DNA of 64,000 nucleotides from NCBI GenBank assembly GCA_964016885.1, contig OZ024743.1, positions 269,948,001-270,012,000 of the forward strand, given 5' to 3'. The notes beneath the pieces are model-generated. The model was not told the origin of the DNA and searched no databases. It was given only the letters and a program-made list of their open reading frames with translations. Below are positions 1-13,200 of the stretch, in pieces; within the stretch, counting starts at the first letter, position 1, and every line of letters begins with the position of its first letter. The translations under genes and the position numbers were made by a program. This DNA is from Eledone cirrhosa. Its lineage: Eukaryota.

Positions 1-3000
1 AGTAGTGTTTGACGTGGTGTTGATGTTAGTGGTATTGGGGTAGTGTTTGGAGTGGTGTTGGTAGTAGTGTTTGAGGTGGTGTTGACGTTAGTGGTGTTGG
101 TAGTAGTGTTTGAGGTGGTGTTGATGTTAGTGGTGTTGGTAGTAGTGTTTGAGGTGGTGTTGATGTTAGTGGAGTTGGGGGTAGTGTTTGAGGTGGTGTT
201 GATGTTAGTGGTGTTGGTTGTAGTGTTTGAGGTGGTGTTGATGTTAGTGGTGTTGGTAGTAGTATTTGAGGTGGTGTTGACTTAGTGGTGTTGGTAGTAG
301 TGTTTGAGGTGGTTTTGATGTTAGTGGTGTTGGTAGTAGTGTTTGAGGTGGTGTTGACGTTAGTGGTGTTGGTAGTAGTGTTTGAGGTGGTGTTGATGTT
401 AGTGGTGTTGGTAGTAGTGTTTGAGGTGGTGTTGATGTTAGTGGAGTTGGGGGTATTGTTTGAGGTGGTGTTGGTTGTAGTGTTTGAGGTGGTGTTGATG
501 TTAGTGGTGTTGGTAGTAGTGTTTGAGGTGGTGTTGATGTTAGTGGTGTTGGTAGTAGTGTTTGAGGTTGTGTTGATATTAGCGGTGTTGGTAGTAGTGT
601 TTGAGGTGGTGTTGATATTAGCGGTGTTGGTAGTAGTGTTTGAGGTGGTGTTGATGTTAGTGGTGTTGGTAGTAGTATTTGAGGTGGTATTGATATTAGT
701 GGTATTGGTAGTAGTGTTTGAGGTGGTGTTGATGTTAGAGGTGTTCGTAGTAGTGCTTGAGGTGGTGTTGATGTAAGTGGTGTTGGTAGTAGTGTTTGAG
801 GTGGTGTTGATATTAGCGGTGTTGGTAGTAGTGTTTGAGGTGGTGTTGATGTTAGCGGTGTTGGTAGTAGTGTTTGAGGTGGTGTTGATGTTAGTGGTGT
901 TGGTAGTAGTGTTTGAGGAGGTGTTGATGTTAGCGGTGTTGGTAGTAGTGTTTGAGGTGGTGTTGATGTTAGTGGTGTTGGTAGTAGTGTTTGAGGTGGT
1001 GTTGATGTTAGTGGTGTTGGTAGTAGTGTTTGAGGTGGTGTTGATGTTAGTGGTGTTGGTAGTAGTGTTTGAGGTGGTGTTGATGTTAGTGGTGTTGGTA
1101 GTAGTGTTTGAGGTGGTGTTGATGTTAGTGGTGTTGGTAGTAGTGTTTGAGGTGGTGTTGATGTTAGTGGTGTTGGTAGTAGTGTTTGAGGTGGTGTTGA
1201 TGTTAGTGGTGTTGGTAGTAGTGTTTGAGGTGGTGTTGATGTTAGTGGTGTTGGTAGTAGTGTTTGAGGTGGTGTTGATGTTAGTGGTGTTGGTAGCAGT
1301 GTTTGAGGTGGTGTTGATGTTAGTGGTGTTGGTAGTAGTGTTTGAGGTGGTGTTGATGTTAGTAGTGTTGGTAGTAGTGTTTGAGGTGGTGTTGATGTTA
1401 ATGGTGTTGGTAGTAGTGTTTGAGGTGGTGGTGATGTTAGTGGTGTTGGTAGTAGTGTTTGAGGTGGTGTTGATGTTAGTGGTGTTGGTAGTAGTGTTTG
1501 AGGTGGTGTTAATGTTAGTGGTGTTGGTAGTAGTGTTTGAGGTGGTGTTGATGTTAGCGGTGTTGGTAGTAGTGTTTGAGGTGGTGTTGATGTTAGTGGT
1601 GTTGGTAGTATTGTTTGAGGTGCTGTTGATGTTAGTGGTGTTGGTAGTAGTGTTTGAGGTGGTGTTGATGTTAGCGGTGTTGGCAGTAGTGTTTGGGGTG
1701 GTGTTGATGTTAGTGGTGTTGGCAGTAGTGTTTGGGGTGGTGTTGATGTTAGTGGTGTAGGTAGTAGTATTTGAGGTGGTGTTGATGTTAGTGGTGTTGG
1801 CGGTAGTGTTTGGGGTGGTGTTGATGTTAGTGGTGTTGGTAGTAGTGTTTGAGGTGGTGTTGATGTTAGTGGTGTTGGTAGTAGTGTTTGGGGTGGTGTT
1901 GATGTTAGTTGTATTGGGGTAGTGTTTGGAGTGGTGTTGATGTTAGTGGGGTTGGGGATAGTGTTTGAGGTGGTGTTGATGTTAGTGGTGTTGGTAGTAG
2001 TGTTTGAGGTGGTGTTGATGTTAGTGGTGTTGGTAGTAGTGTTTGAGGTGGTGTTGATGTTAGCGGTGTTGGTAGTAGTGTTTGAGGTGCTGTTGATGTT
2101 AGTGGTGTTGGTAGTAGTGTTTGAGGTGGTATTGATGTTAGTGGTGTTGGTAGTAGTGTTTGAGGTGGTGTTGATGTTAGTGGTGTTGGTAGTAGTGTTT
2201 GAGGTGGTGTTGATGTTAGTGGTGTTGGTAGTAGTGTTTGACGTGGTGTTGATGTTAGTGGAGTTGGGGGTATTGTTTGAGGTGGTGTTGCTGTTAGTGG
2301 TGTTGGTAGTAGTGTTTGACGTGGTGTTGATGTTAGTGGTGTTGGTAGTAGTGTTTGAGATGGTGTTGATGTTTGTGGTGTTGGGGGTAGTGTTTGAGGT
2401 GGTGTTGATGTTAGTGGTGTTGGTAGTAGTGTTTGAGATGGTGTTGATGTTAGCGGTGTTGGTAGTAGTGTTTGAGGTGGTGTTGATGTTAGTGGTGTTG
2501 GTAGTATTGTTTGAGGTGCTGTTGATGTTAGTGGTGTTGGTAGTAGTGTTTGAGGTGGTGTTGATGTTAGCGGTGTTGGCAGTAGTGTTTGGGGTGGTGT
2601 TGATGTTAGTGGTGTTGGCAGTAGTGTTTGGGGTGGTGTTGATGTTAGTGGGGTTGGGGGTAGTGTTTGAGGTGGTGTTGATGTTAGTGGTGTTGGTAGT
2701 AGTGTTTGAGGTGGTGTTGATGTTAGTGGTGTTGGTAGTAGTGTTTGAGGTGGTGTTGATGTTAGCGGTGTTGGTAGTAGTGTTTGAGGTGCCGTTGATG
2801 TTAGTGGTGTTGGTAGTAGTGTTTGAGGTGGTATTGATGTTAGTGGTGTTGGTAGTAGTGTTTGAGGTGGTGTTGATGTTAGTGGTGTTGGTAGTAGTGT
2901 TTGAGGTGGTGTTGATGTTAGTGGTGTTGGTAGTAGTGTTTGACGTGGTGTTGATATTAGTGGTGTTGGTAGCAGTGTTTGAGGTGGTGTTGATGTTAGT

Positions 3001-4149
3001 GGTGTTGGTAGTAGTGTTTGACGTGGTGTTGATGTTAGTGGTGTTGGTAGTAGTGTTTGAGATGGTGTTGATGTTTGTGGTGTTGGGGGTAGTGTTTGAG
3101 GTGGTGTTGATGTTAGTGGTGTTGGTAGTAGTGTTTGAGGTGGTGTTGATGTTAGTGGTGTTGATAGTAGTGTTTGAGGTGGTGTTGATGTTAGTGGTGT
3201 TGGTAGTAGTGTTTGAGGTGGTGTTGATGTTAGTGGTGTTGGCGGTAGTGTTTGGGGTGGTGTTGATGTTAGTGGTGTTGGTAGTAGTATTTGAGGTAGT
3301 GTTGATGTTAGTGGTGTTGGCGGTAGTGTTTGGGGTGGTGATGATGTTAGTGGTGTTGGTAGTAGTGTTTGAGGTGGTGTTGATGTTAGTGGTGTTGGCG
3401 GTAGTGTTTGGGGTGGTGTTGATGTTAGTGGTATGGGGTAGTATTTGAGGTGGTGTTGATGTTAGTGGTGTTGGGGTAGTATTTGAGGTGGTGTTGATGT
3501 TAGTGGTGTTGGGAGTAGTGTTTGAGGCGGTGTTGATGTTAGCGGTGTTGGTAGTAGTGTTTGAGGTGGTGTTGATGTTAGCGGTGTTGGTAGTAGTATT
3601 TGAGGTGGTGTTGATGTTAGTGGTATGGGGTAGTGTTTGGAGTGGTGTTGATGTTAGTGGTGTTGGTAGTAGTGTTTGAGGTGGTGTTGATGTTAGTGGT
3701 ATTGGTAGTAGTGTTTGACGTGGTGTGGATGTTAGTGGTATGGGGTAGTATTTGAGGTGGTGTTGATGTTAGTGGTGTTGGTAGTAGTGTTTGAGGTGGT
3801 GTGATGTTAGTGGTGTTGGTAGTAGTGTTTGAGGTGGTGTTGATGTTAGTGGTGTTGGTAGTAGTGTTTGAGGTGGTGTTGATGTTAGTGGTGTTGGTAG
3901 TAGTGTTTGAGGTTGTGTTGATGTTAGTGGTGTTGGTAGTAGTGTTTGAGGTGGTGTTGACATTAGTGGTGTTGGTAGTAGTGTTTGAGGTGGTGTTGAT
4001 GTTAGCGGTGTTGGTAGTAGTGTTTGAGGTGGTATTGATGTTAGCGGTGTTGGTAGTAGTGTTTGAGGTGGTGTTGATGTTAGTGGTGTTGGTAGTAGTG
4101 TTTGAGGTGGTGTTAATGTTAGTGGTGTTGGTAGTAGTGTTTGAGGTGG

Positions 4150-7100
4150 TGTTGATGTTAGCGGTGTTGGTAGTAGTGTTTGAGGTGGTGTTGATGTTAG
4201 TGGTGTTGGTAGTATTGTTTGAGGTGCTGTTGATGTTAGTGGTGTTGGTAGTAGTGTTTGAGGTGGTGTTGATGTTAGCGGTGTTGGTAGTAGTGTTTGA
4301 CGTGGTGTTGATGTTAGTGGTATTGGGGTAGTGTTTGGAGTGGTGTTGATGTTAATGGTGTTGGTAGTAGTGTTTGAGGTGGTGTTGATGTTAGTGGTGT
4401 TGGTAGTAGTGTTTGAGGAGGTGTTGATGTTAGTGGTGTTGGTAGTAGTGTTTGAGGTGGTGTTGATGTTAGTGGTGTTGGGAGTAGTGTTTGAGGTGGT
4501 GTTGACGTTAGTGGTGTTGGTAGTAGTGTTTGAGGTGGTGTTGATGTTAGTGGTGTTGGTAGTAGTGTTTGACGTGGTGTTGATATTAGTGGTGTTGGTA
4601 GTAGTGTTTGAGGTGGTGTTGATGTTAGTGGTGTTGGTAGTAGTGTTTGAGGTGGTGTTGATGTTAGTGGTGTTGGCAGTATTGTTTGGGGTGGTGTTGA
4701 TGTTAGTGGTGTTGGTAGTAGTATTTGAGGTGGTGTTGATGTTAGTGGTGTTGGCGGTAGTGTTTGGGGTGGTGTTGATGTTAGTGGTGTTGGTAGTAGT
4801 GTTTGAGGTGGTGTTGATGTTAGTGGTGTTGGTAGTAGTGTTTGGGGTGGTGTTGATGTTAGTTGTATTGGGGTAGTGTTTGGAGTGGTGTTGATGTTAG
4901 TGGGGTTGAGGGTAGTGTTTGAGGTGGTGTTGATGTTAGTGGTGTTGGTAGTAGTGTTTGAGGTGGTGTTGATGTTAGTGGTGTTGGTAGTAGTGTTTGA
5001 GGTGCTGTTGATGTTAGTGGTGTTGGTAGTAGTGTTTGAGGTGGTGTTGATGTTAGTGGTGTTGGTAGTAGTGTTTGACGTGGTGTTGATATTAGTGGTG
5101 TTGGTAGTAGTGTTTGAGGTGGTGTTGATGTTAGTGGTGTTGGTAGTAGTGTTTGACGTGGTGTTGATGTTAGTGGTGTTGGTAGTAGTGTTTGAGGTGG
5201 TATTGATGTTAGTGGTGTTGGTAGTAGTATTTGAGGTGGTGTTGATGTTAGCGGTGTTGGTAGTAGTGTTTGAGGTGGTGTTGATGTTAGTGGTGTTGGT
5301 AGTAGTGTTTGAGGTGGTATTGATGTTAGTGGTGTTGGTAGTAGTGTTTGAGGTGGTGTTGATGTTAGTGGTGTTGGTAGTAGTGTTTGAGGTGGTGTTG
5401 ATGTTAGTGGTGTTGGTAGTAGTGTTTGACGTGGTGTTGATATTAGTGGTGTTGGTAGTAGTGTTTGAGGTGGTGTTGATGTTAGTGGTGTTGGTAGTAG
5501 TGTTTGACGTGGTGTTGATGTTAGTGGTGTTGGTAGTAGTGTTTGAGGTGGTATTGATGTTAGTGGTGTTGGTAGTAGTATTTGAGGTGGTGTTGATGTT
5601 AGCGGTGTTGGTAGTAGTGTTTGAGGTGGTGTTGATGTTAGTGGTGTTGGTAGTAGTGTTTGAGGTGGTATTGATGTTAGTGGTGTTGGTAGTAGTGTTT
5701 GAGGTGGTGTTGATGTTAGCGGTGTTGGTAGTAGTGTTTGAGGTGGTGTTGATGTTAGTGGTGTTGGTAGTAGTGTTTGAGGAGGTGTTGATTTTAGTGG
5801 TGTTGGTAGTAGTGTTTGAGGTGGTGTTGATGTTAGTGGTGTTGGTAGTAGTGTTTGAGGTGGTGTTGATGTTAGTGGTGTTGGTAGTAGTGTTTGGGGT
5901 GGTGTTGATGTTAGTGGTATTGGGGTAGTGTTTGGAGTGGTGTTGATGTTAGTGGGGTTGGGGGTAGTGTTTGAGGTGGTGTTGATGTTAGTGGTTTTGG
6001 TAGTAGTGTTTGAGGTGGTGTTGATGTTAGTGGTGTTGGTAGTAGTGTTTGGGGTGGTGTTGATGTTAGTGGTATTGGGGTAGTGTTTGGAGTGGTGTTG
6101 ATGTTAGTGGGGTTGGGGGTAGTGTTTGAGGTGGTGTTGATGTTAGTGGGGTTGGGGGTAGTGTTTGAGGTGGTGTTGATGTTAGTGGTGTTGGTAGTAG
6201 TGTTTGGGGTGGTGTTGATGTTAGTGGTGTTGGGAGTAGTGTTTGGGGTTGTGTTGATGTTAGTGGTGTTGGTAGTAGTATTTGAGGTGGTGTTGATGTT
6301 AGTCGTGTTGGCGGTAGTGTTTCGGGTGGTGTTGATGTTAGTGGTGTTGGTAGTAGTATTAGAGGTGGTGTTGATGTTAGTGGTGTTGGCGGTAGTGTTT
6401 GGGGTGGTGTTGATGTTAGTGGTGTTGGTAGTAGTGTTTGAGGTGGTGCTGATGTTAGTGGTGTTGGTAGTAGTGTTTGAGGAGGTGTTGATGTTAGCGG
6501 TGTTGGTAGTAGTGTTTGAGGTGGTGGTGGTGTTAGTGGTGTTGGTAGTAGTGTTTGAGGAGGTGTTGATGTTAGTGGTGTTGGTAGTAGTGTTTGAGGT
6601 GGTGTTGATGTTAGTGGTATTGGTAGTAGTGTTTGAGGTGGTGTTGATGTTAGTGGTGTTGGTAGTAGTGTTTGAGGTGGTGTTGATGTTAGTGGTGTTG
6701 GTAGTAGTGTTTGAGGTGGTGTTGATGTTAGTGGTGTTGGTAGTATTGTTTGAGGTGCTGTTGATGTTAGTGGTGTTGGTAGTAGTGTTTGAGGTGGTGT
6801 TGATGTTAGCGGTGTTGGTAGTAGTGTTTGACGTGGTGTTGATGTTAGTGGTATTGGGGTAGTGTTTGGAGTGGTGTTGATGTTAATGGTGTTGGTAGTA
6901 GTGTTTGAGGTGGTGTTGATGTTAGTGGTGTTGGTAGTAGTGTTTGAGGAGGTGTTGATGTTAGTGGTGTTGGTAGTAGTGTTTGAGGTGGTGTTGATGT
7001 TAGTGGTGTTGGGAGTAGTGTTTGAGGTGGTGTTGACGTTAGTGGTGTTGGTAGTAGTGTTTGAGGTGGTGTTGATGTTAGTGGTGTTGGCAGTATTGTT

Positions 7101-9100
7101 TGAGGTGGTGTTGATGTTAGTGGTGTTGGTAGTAGTATTTGAGGTGGTGTTGATGTTAGTGGTGTTGGCGGTAGTGTTTGAGGTGGTGTTGATGTTAGTG
7201 GTGTTGGTAGTAGTGTTTGGGGTGGTGTTGATGTTAGTTGTATTGGGGTAGTGTTTGGAGTGGTGTTGATGTTAGTGGGGTTGAGGGTAGTGTTTGAGGT
7301 GGTGTTGATGTTAGTGGTGTTTGTAGTAGTGTTTGAGGTGGTGTTGATGTTAGTGGTGTTGGTAGTAGTGTTTGAGGTGGTGTTGATGTTAGCGGTGTTG
7401 GTAGTAGTGTTTGAGGTGCTGTTGATGTTAGTGGTGTTGGTAGTAGTGTTTGAGGTGGTATTGATGTTAGTGGTGTTGGTAGTAGTGTTTGAGGTGGTGT
7501 TGATGTTAGTGGTGTTGGTAGTAGTGTTTGAGGTGGTGTTGATGTTAGTGGTGTTGGTAGTAGTGTTTGACGTGGTGTTGATATTAGTGGTGTTGGTAGT
7601 AGTGTTTGAGGTGGTGTTGATGTTAGTGGTGTTGGTAGTAGTGTTTGACGTGGTGTTGATGTTAGTGGTGTTGGTAGTAGTGTTTGAGGTGGTATTGATG
7701 TTAGTGGTGTTGGTAGTAGTGTTTGAGGTGGTGTTGATGTTAGCGGTGTTGGTAGTAGTGTTTGAGGTGGTGTTGATGTTAGTGGTGTTGATGTTAGTGG
7801 TGTTGGTAGTAGTGTTTGAGGTGGTATTGATGTTAGTGGTGTTGGTAGTAGTGTTTGAGGTGGTGTTGATGTTAGCGGTGTTGGTAGTAGTGTTTGAGGT
7901 GGTGTTGATGTTAGTGGTGTTGGTAGTAGTGTTTGAGGAGGTGTTGATTTTAGTGGTGTTGGTAGTAGTGTTTGAGGTGGTGTTGATGTTAGTGGTGCTG
8001 GTAGTAGTGTTTGAGGTGGTGTTGATGTTAGCGGTGTTGGTAGTAGTGTTTGAGGTGGTGTTGATGTTAGTGGTGTTGGTAGTAGTGTTTGAGGTGGTAT
8101 TGATGTTAGTGGTGTTGGTAGTAGTGTTTGAGGTGGTGTTGATGTTAGCGGTGTTGTTAGTAGTGTTTGAGGTGGTATTGATGTTAGTGGTGTTGGTAGT
8201 AGTGTTTGAGGTGGTATTGATGTTAGTGGTGTTGGTAGTAGTGTTTGAGGTGGTGTTGATGTTAGCGGTGTTGGTAGTAGTGTTTGAGGTGGTGTTGATG
8301 TTAGTGGTGTTGGTAGTAGTGTTTGAGGAGGTGTTGATTTTAGTGGTGTTGTTAGTAGTGTTTGAGGTGCTGTTGATGTTTGTGGTGTTGGGGGTAGTGT
8401 TTGAGGTGGTGTTGATGTTAGTGGTGTTGGTAGTAGTGTTTGAGGTGGTGTTGATGTTAGTGGTGTTGGTAGTAGTGTTTGAGGTGGTGTTGATGTTAAT
8501 GGTGTTAGTAGTAGTGTTTGAGGTGGTGTTGATGTTAGTGGTGTTGGCAGTAGTGTTTGGGGTGGTGTTGATGTTAGTGGTGTTGGTAGTAGTGTTTGAG
8601 GTGGTGTTGATGTTAGTGGTGTTGGTAGTAGTGTTTGGGGTGGTGTTGATTTTAGTGGTGTTGGTAGTAGTGTTTGAGGTGGTGTTGATGTTTGTGGTGT
8701 TGGGGGTAGTGTTTGAGGTGGTGTTGATGTTAGTGGTGTTGGTAGTAGTGTTTGAGGTGGTGTTGATGTTAGTGGTGTTGGTAGTAGTGTTTGAGGTGGT
8801 GTTGATGTTAGTGGTGTTGGTAGTAGTGTTTGAGGTGGTGTTGATGTTAGTGGTGTTGGTAGTAGTGTTTGGGGTGGTGTTGATGTTAGTGGTATTGGGG
8901 TAGTGTTTGGAGTGGTGTTGATGTTAGTGGGGTTGGGGGTAGTGTTTGAGGTGGTGTTGATGTTAGTGGTGTTGGTAGTAGTGTTTGAGGTGGTGTTGAT
9001 GTTAGTGGTGTTGGTAGTAGTGTTTGGGGTGGTGTTGATGTTAGTGGTATTGGGGTAGTGTTTGGAGTGGTGTTGATGTTAGTGGGGTTGGGGGTAGTGT
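4150..9100. repeat. Imperfect block duplication (4331->6862, 4876->7251, 6083->9058)
   Basis: The rare variant GGGGTTGAGGGTA (~4903, ~7278) is preceded by GTTGTATTGGGG in both copies, and the flanking variant monomers occur in the same order. Confidence 0.75.
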
Positions 9101-10299
9101 TTGAGGTGGTGTTGATGTTAGTGGTGTTGGTAGTAGTGTTTAGGGTGGTGTTGATGTTAGTGGTGTTGGTAGTAGTGTTTGAGGTGGTGGTGGTGTTAGA
9201 GGTGTTGGTAGTAGTGTTTGAGGTGGTGTTGATGTTAGTGGTGTTGATAGTAGTGTTTGAGGTGGTGTTGATGTTAGTGGTGTTGGTAGTAATGTTTGAG
9301 GTGGTGGTGGTGTTAGTGGTGTTGGTAGTAGTGTTTGAGGTGGTGTTGATGTTAGTGGTGTTGGCGGTAGTGTTTGGGGTGGTGTTTATGTTAGTGGTAT
9401 TGGGGTAGTGTTTGAGGTGGTGTTGATGTTAGTGGTGTTGGTAGTAGTATTTGAGGTGGTGTTGATGTTAGTGGTGTTGGTAGTAGTGTTTGAGGTGGTG
9501 TTGATGTTAGTGGTGTTGGTAGTAGTGTTTGAGGTGGTGTTGATGTTAGTGGTGTTGATAGTAGTGTTTGAGGTGGTGTTGATGTTAGTGGTGTTGGTAG
9601 TAATGTTTGAGGTGGTGGTGGTGTTAGTGGTGTTGGTAGTAGTGTTTGAGGTGGTGTTGATGTTAGTGGTGTTGGCGGTAGTGTTTGGGGTGGTGTTGAT
9701 GTTAGTGGGGTTGGGGGTAGTGTTTGAGGTGGTGTTGATGTTAGTGGGGTTGGGGGTAGTGTTTGAGGTGGTGTTGATGTTAGTGGTGTTGGTAGTAGTG
9801 TTTGGGGTGGTGTTGATGTTAGTGGTGTTGGGAGTAGTGTTTGGGGTGGTGTTGATGTTAGTGGTGTTGGTAGTAGTATTTGAGGTGGTGTTGATGTTAG
9901 TGGTGTTGGTAGTAGTGTTTGAGGAGGTGTTGATGTTAGCGGTGTTGGTAGTAGTGTTTGAGGTGGTGTTAGTGGTGTTGGTAGTAGTGTTTGAGGAGGT
10001 GTTGATGTTAGTGGTGTTGGTAGTAGTGTTTGAGGTGGTGTTGATGTTAGTGTTATTGGTAGTAGTGTTTGAGGTGGTGTTGATGTTAGTGGTGTTGGTA
10101 GTAGTGTTTGAGGTGGTGTTGATGTTAGTGGTGTTGATAGTAGTGTTTGAGGTGGTGTTGATGTTAGTGGTGTTGGTAGCAGTGTTTGAGGTGGTGTTGA
10201 TGTTAGTGGTGTTGGTAGTAGTGTTTGAGGTGGTGCTGATGTTAGTGGTGTTGGTAGTAGTGTTTGAGGTGGTGCTGATGTTAGTGGTGTTGATAGTAG

Positions 10300-13200
10300 T
10301 GTTTGAGGTGGTGTTGATGTTAGTGGTGTTGATAGTAGTGTTTGAGGTGGTGTTGATGTTAGTGGTGTTGGTAGCAGTGTTTGAGGTGGTGTTGATGTTA
10401 GTGGTGTTGGTAGTAGTGTTTGAGGTGGTGCTGATGTTAGTGGTGTTGATAGTAGTGTTTTAGGTGGTGTTGATGTTAGTGGTGTTGGTAGTAGTGTTTG
10501 AGGTGGTGTTGATGTTAGTGGTGTTGGTAGTAGTGTTTGAGGTGGTGTTGATGTTAGTGGTGTTGATAGTAGTGTTTGAGGTGGTGTTGATGTTAGTGGT
10601 GTTGGTAGTAATGTTTGAGGTGGTGGTGGTGTTAGTGGTGTTGGTAGTAGTGTTTGAGGTGGTGTTGATGTTAGTGGTGTTGGCGGTAGTGTTTGGGGTG
10701 GTGTTTATGTTAGTGGTATTGGGGTAGTGTTTGAGGTGGTGTTGATGTTAGTGGTGTTGGTAGTAGTATTTGAGGTGGTGTTGATGTTAGTGGTGTTGGG
10801 AGTAGTGTTTGAGGTGGTGTTGATGTTAGTGGTGTTGGTAGTAGTCTTTGAGGTGGTGTTGATGTTAGTGGTGTTGGCGGTAGTGTTTGGGGTGGTGTTT
10901 ATGTTAGTGGTATTGGGGTAGTGTTTGAGGTGGTGTTGATGTTAGTGGTGTTGGTAGTAGCATTTGAGGTGGTGTTGATGTTAGTGGTGTTGGGAGTAGT
11001 GTTTGAGGTGGTGTTGATGTTAGCGGTGTTGGTAGTAGTGTTTGACGTGGTGTTGATGTTAGTGGTATGGGGTAGTGTTTGGAGTGGTGTTGATGTTAAT
11101 GGTGTTGGTAGTAGTGTTTGAGGTGGTGTTGATGTTAGTGGTGTTGGTAGTAGTGTTTGAGGAGGTGTTGATGTTAGTGGTGTTGGTAGTAGTGTTTGAG
11201 GTGGTGTTGATGTTAGTGGTGTTGGTAGTAGTGTTTGAGGTGGTGTTGACGTTAGTGGTGTTGGTAGTAGTGTTTGAGGTGGTGTTGATGTTAGCGGTGT
11301 TGGTAGTAGTGTTTGAGGTGGTATTGATGTTAGTGGTGTTGGTAGAAGTGTTTGAGGTGGTGTTGATGTTAGCGGTGTTGGTAGTAGTGTTTGACGTGGT
11401 GTTGATGTTAGTGGTATTGGGGTAGTGTTTGGAGTGGTGTTGATGTTGATGGTGTTGGTAGTAGTGTTTGAGGTGGTGTTGATGTTAGTGGTGTTGGTAG
11501 TAGTGTTTGAGGTGGTGTTGATGTTAGCGGTGTTGGTAGTAGTGTTTGAGGTGGTGTTGATGTTAGTGGTGTTGGTAGTAGTGTTTGAGGTGGTGTTAAT
11601 GTTAGTGGTGTTGGTAGTAGTGTTTGAGGTGGTGTTGATGTTAGCGGTGTTGGTAGTATTGTTTGAGGTGCTGTTGATGTTAGTGGTGTTGGTAGTAGTG
11701 TTTGAGGTGGTGTTGATGTTAGCGGTGTTGGTAGTAGTGTTTGACGTGGTGTTGATGTTAGTGGTATTGGGGTAGTGTTTGGAGTGGTGTTGATGTTAAT
11801 GGTGTTGGTAGTAGTGTTTGAGGTGGTGTTGATGTTAGTGGTGTTGGTAGTAGTGTTTGAGGAGGTGTTGATGTTAGTGGTGTTGGTAGTAGTGTTTGAG
11901 GTGGTGTTGATGTTAGTGGTGTTGGTAGTAGTGTTTGAGGTGGTGTTAATGTTAGTGGTGTTGGTAGTAGTGTTTGAGGTGGTGTTGATGTTAGCGGTGT
12001 TGGTAGTATTGTTTGAGGTGCTGTTGATGTTAGTGGTGTTGGTAGAAGTGTTTGAGGTGGTGTTGATGTTAGTGGTGTTGGTAGTAGTGTTTGAGGTGGT
12101 GTTGATGTTAGCGGTGTTGGTAGTATTGTTTGAGGTGCTGTTGATGTTAGTGGTGTTGGTAGAAGTGTTTGAGGTGCTGTTGATGTTAGTGGTGTTGGTA
12201 GTAGTGTTTGAGGTGGTGTTGATGTTAGCGGTGTTGGTAGTAGTGTTTGACGTGGTGTTGATGTTAGTGGTATGGGGTAGTGTTTGGAGTGGTGTTGATG
12301 TTAATGGTGTTGGTAGTAGTGTTTGAGGTGGTGTTGATGTTAGTGGTGTTGGTAGTAGTGTTTGAGGTGGTGTTGATGTTAGTGGTGTTGGTAGTAGCAT
12401 TTGAGGTGGTGTTGATGTTAGTGGTGTTGGGAGTAGTGTTTGAGGTGGTGTTGATGTTAGCGGTGTTGGTAGTAGTGTTTGACGTGGTGTTGATGTTAGT
12501 GGTATGGGGTAGTGTTTGGAGTGGTGTTGATGTTAATGGTGTTGGTAGTAGTGTTTGAGGTGGTGTTGATGTTAGTGGTGTTGGTAGTAGTGTTTGAGGA
12601 GGTGTTGATGTTAGTGGTGTTGGTAGTAGTGTTTGAGGTGGTGTTGATGTTAGTGGTGTTGGTAGTAGTGTTTGAGGTGGTGTTGATGTTAGTGGTGTTG
12701 GTAGTAGTGTTTGAGGTGGTGTTGACGTTAGTGGTGTTGGTAGTAGTGTTTGAGGTGGTGTTGATGTTAGCGGTGTTGGTAGTAGTGTTTGAGGTGGTAT
12801 TGATGTTAGTGGTGTTGGTAGAAGTGTTTGAGGTGGTGTTGATGTTAGCGCTGTTGGTAGTAGTGTTTGACGTGGTGTTGATGTTAGTGGTATTGGGGTA
12901 GTGTTTGGAGTGGTGTTGATGTTAATGGTGTTGGTAGTAGTGTTTGAGGTGGTGTTGATGTTAGTGGTGTTGGTAGTAGTGTTTGAGGTGGTGTTGATGT
13001 TAGTGGTGTTGGTAGTAGTGTTTGAGGTGGTGTTGATGTTAGTGGTGTTGATAGTAGTGTTTGAGGTGGTGTTGATGTTAGTGGTGTTGGTAGCAGTGTT
13101 TGAGGTGGTGTTGATGTTAGTGGTGTTGGTAGTAGTGTTTGAGGTGGTGCTGATGTTAGTGGTGTTGATAGTAGTGTTTTAGGTGGTGTTGATGTTAGTG

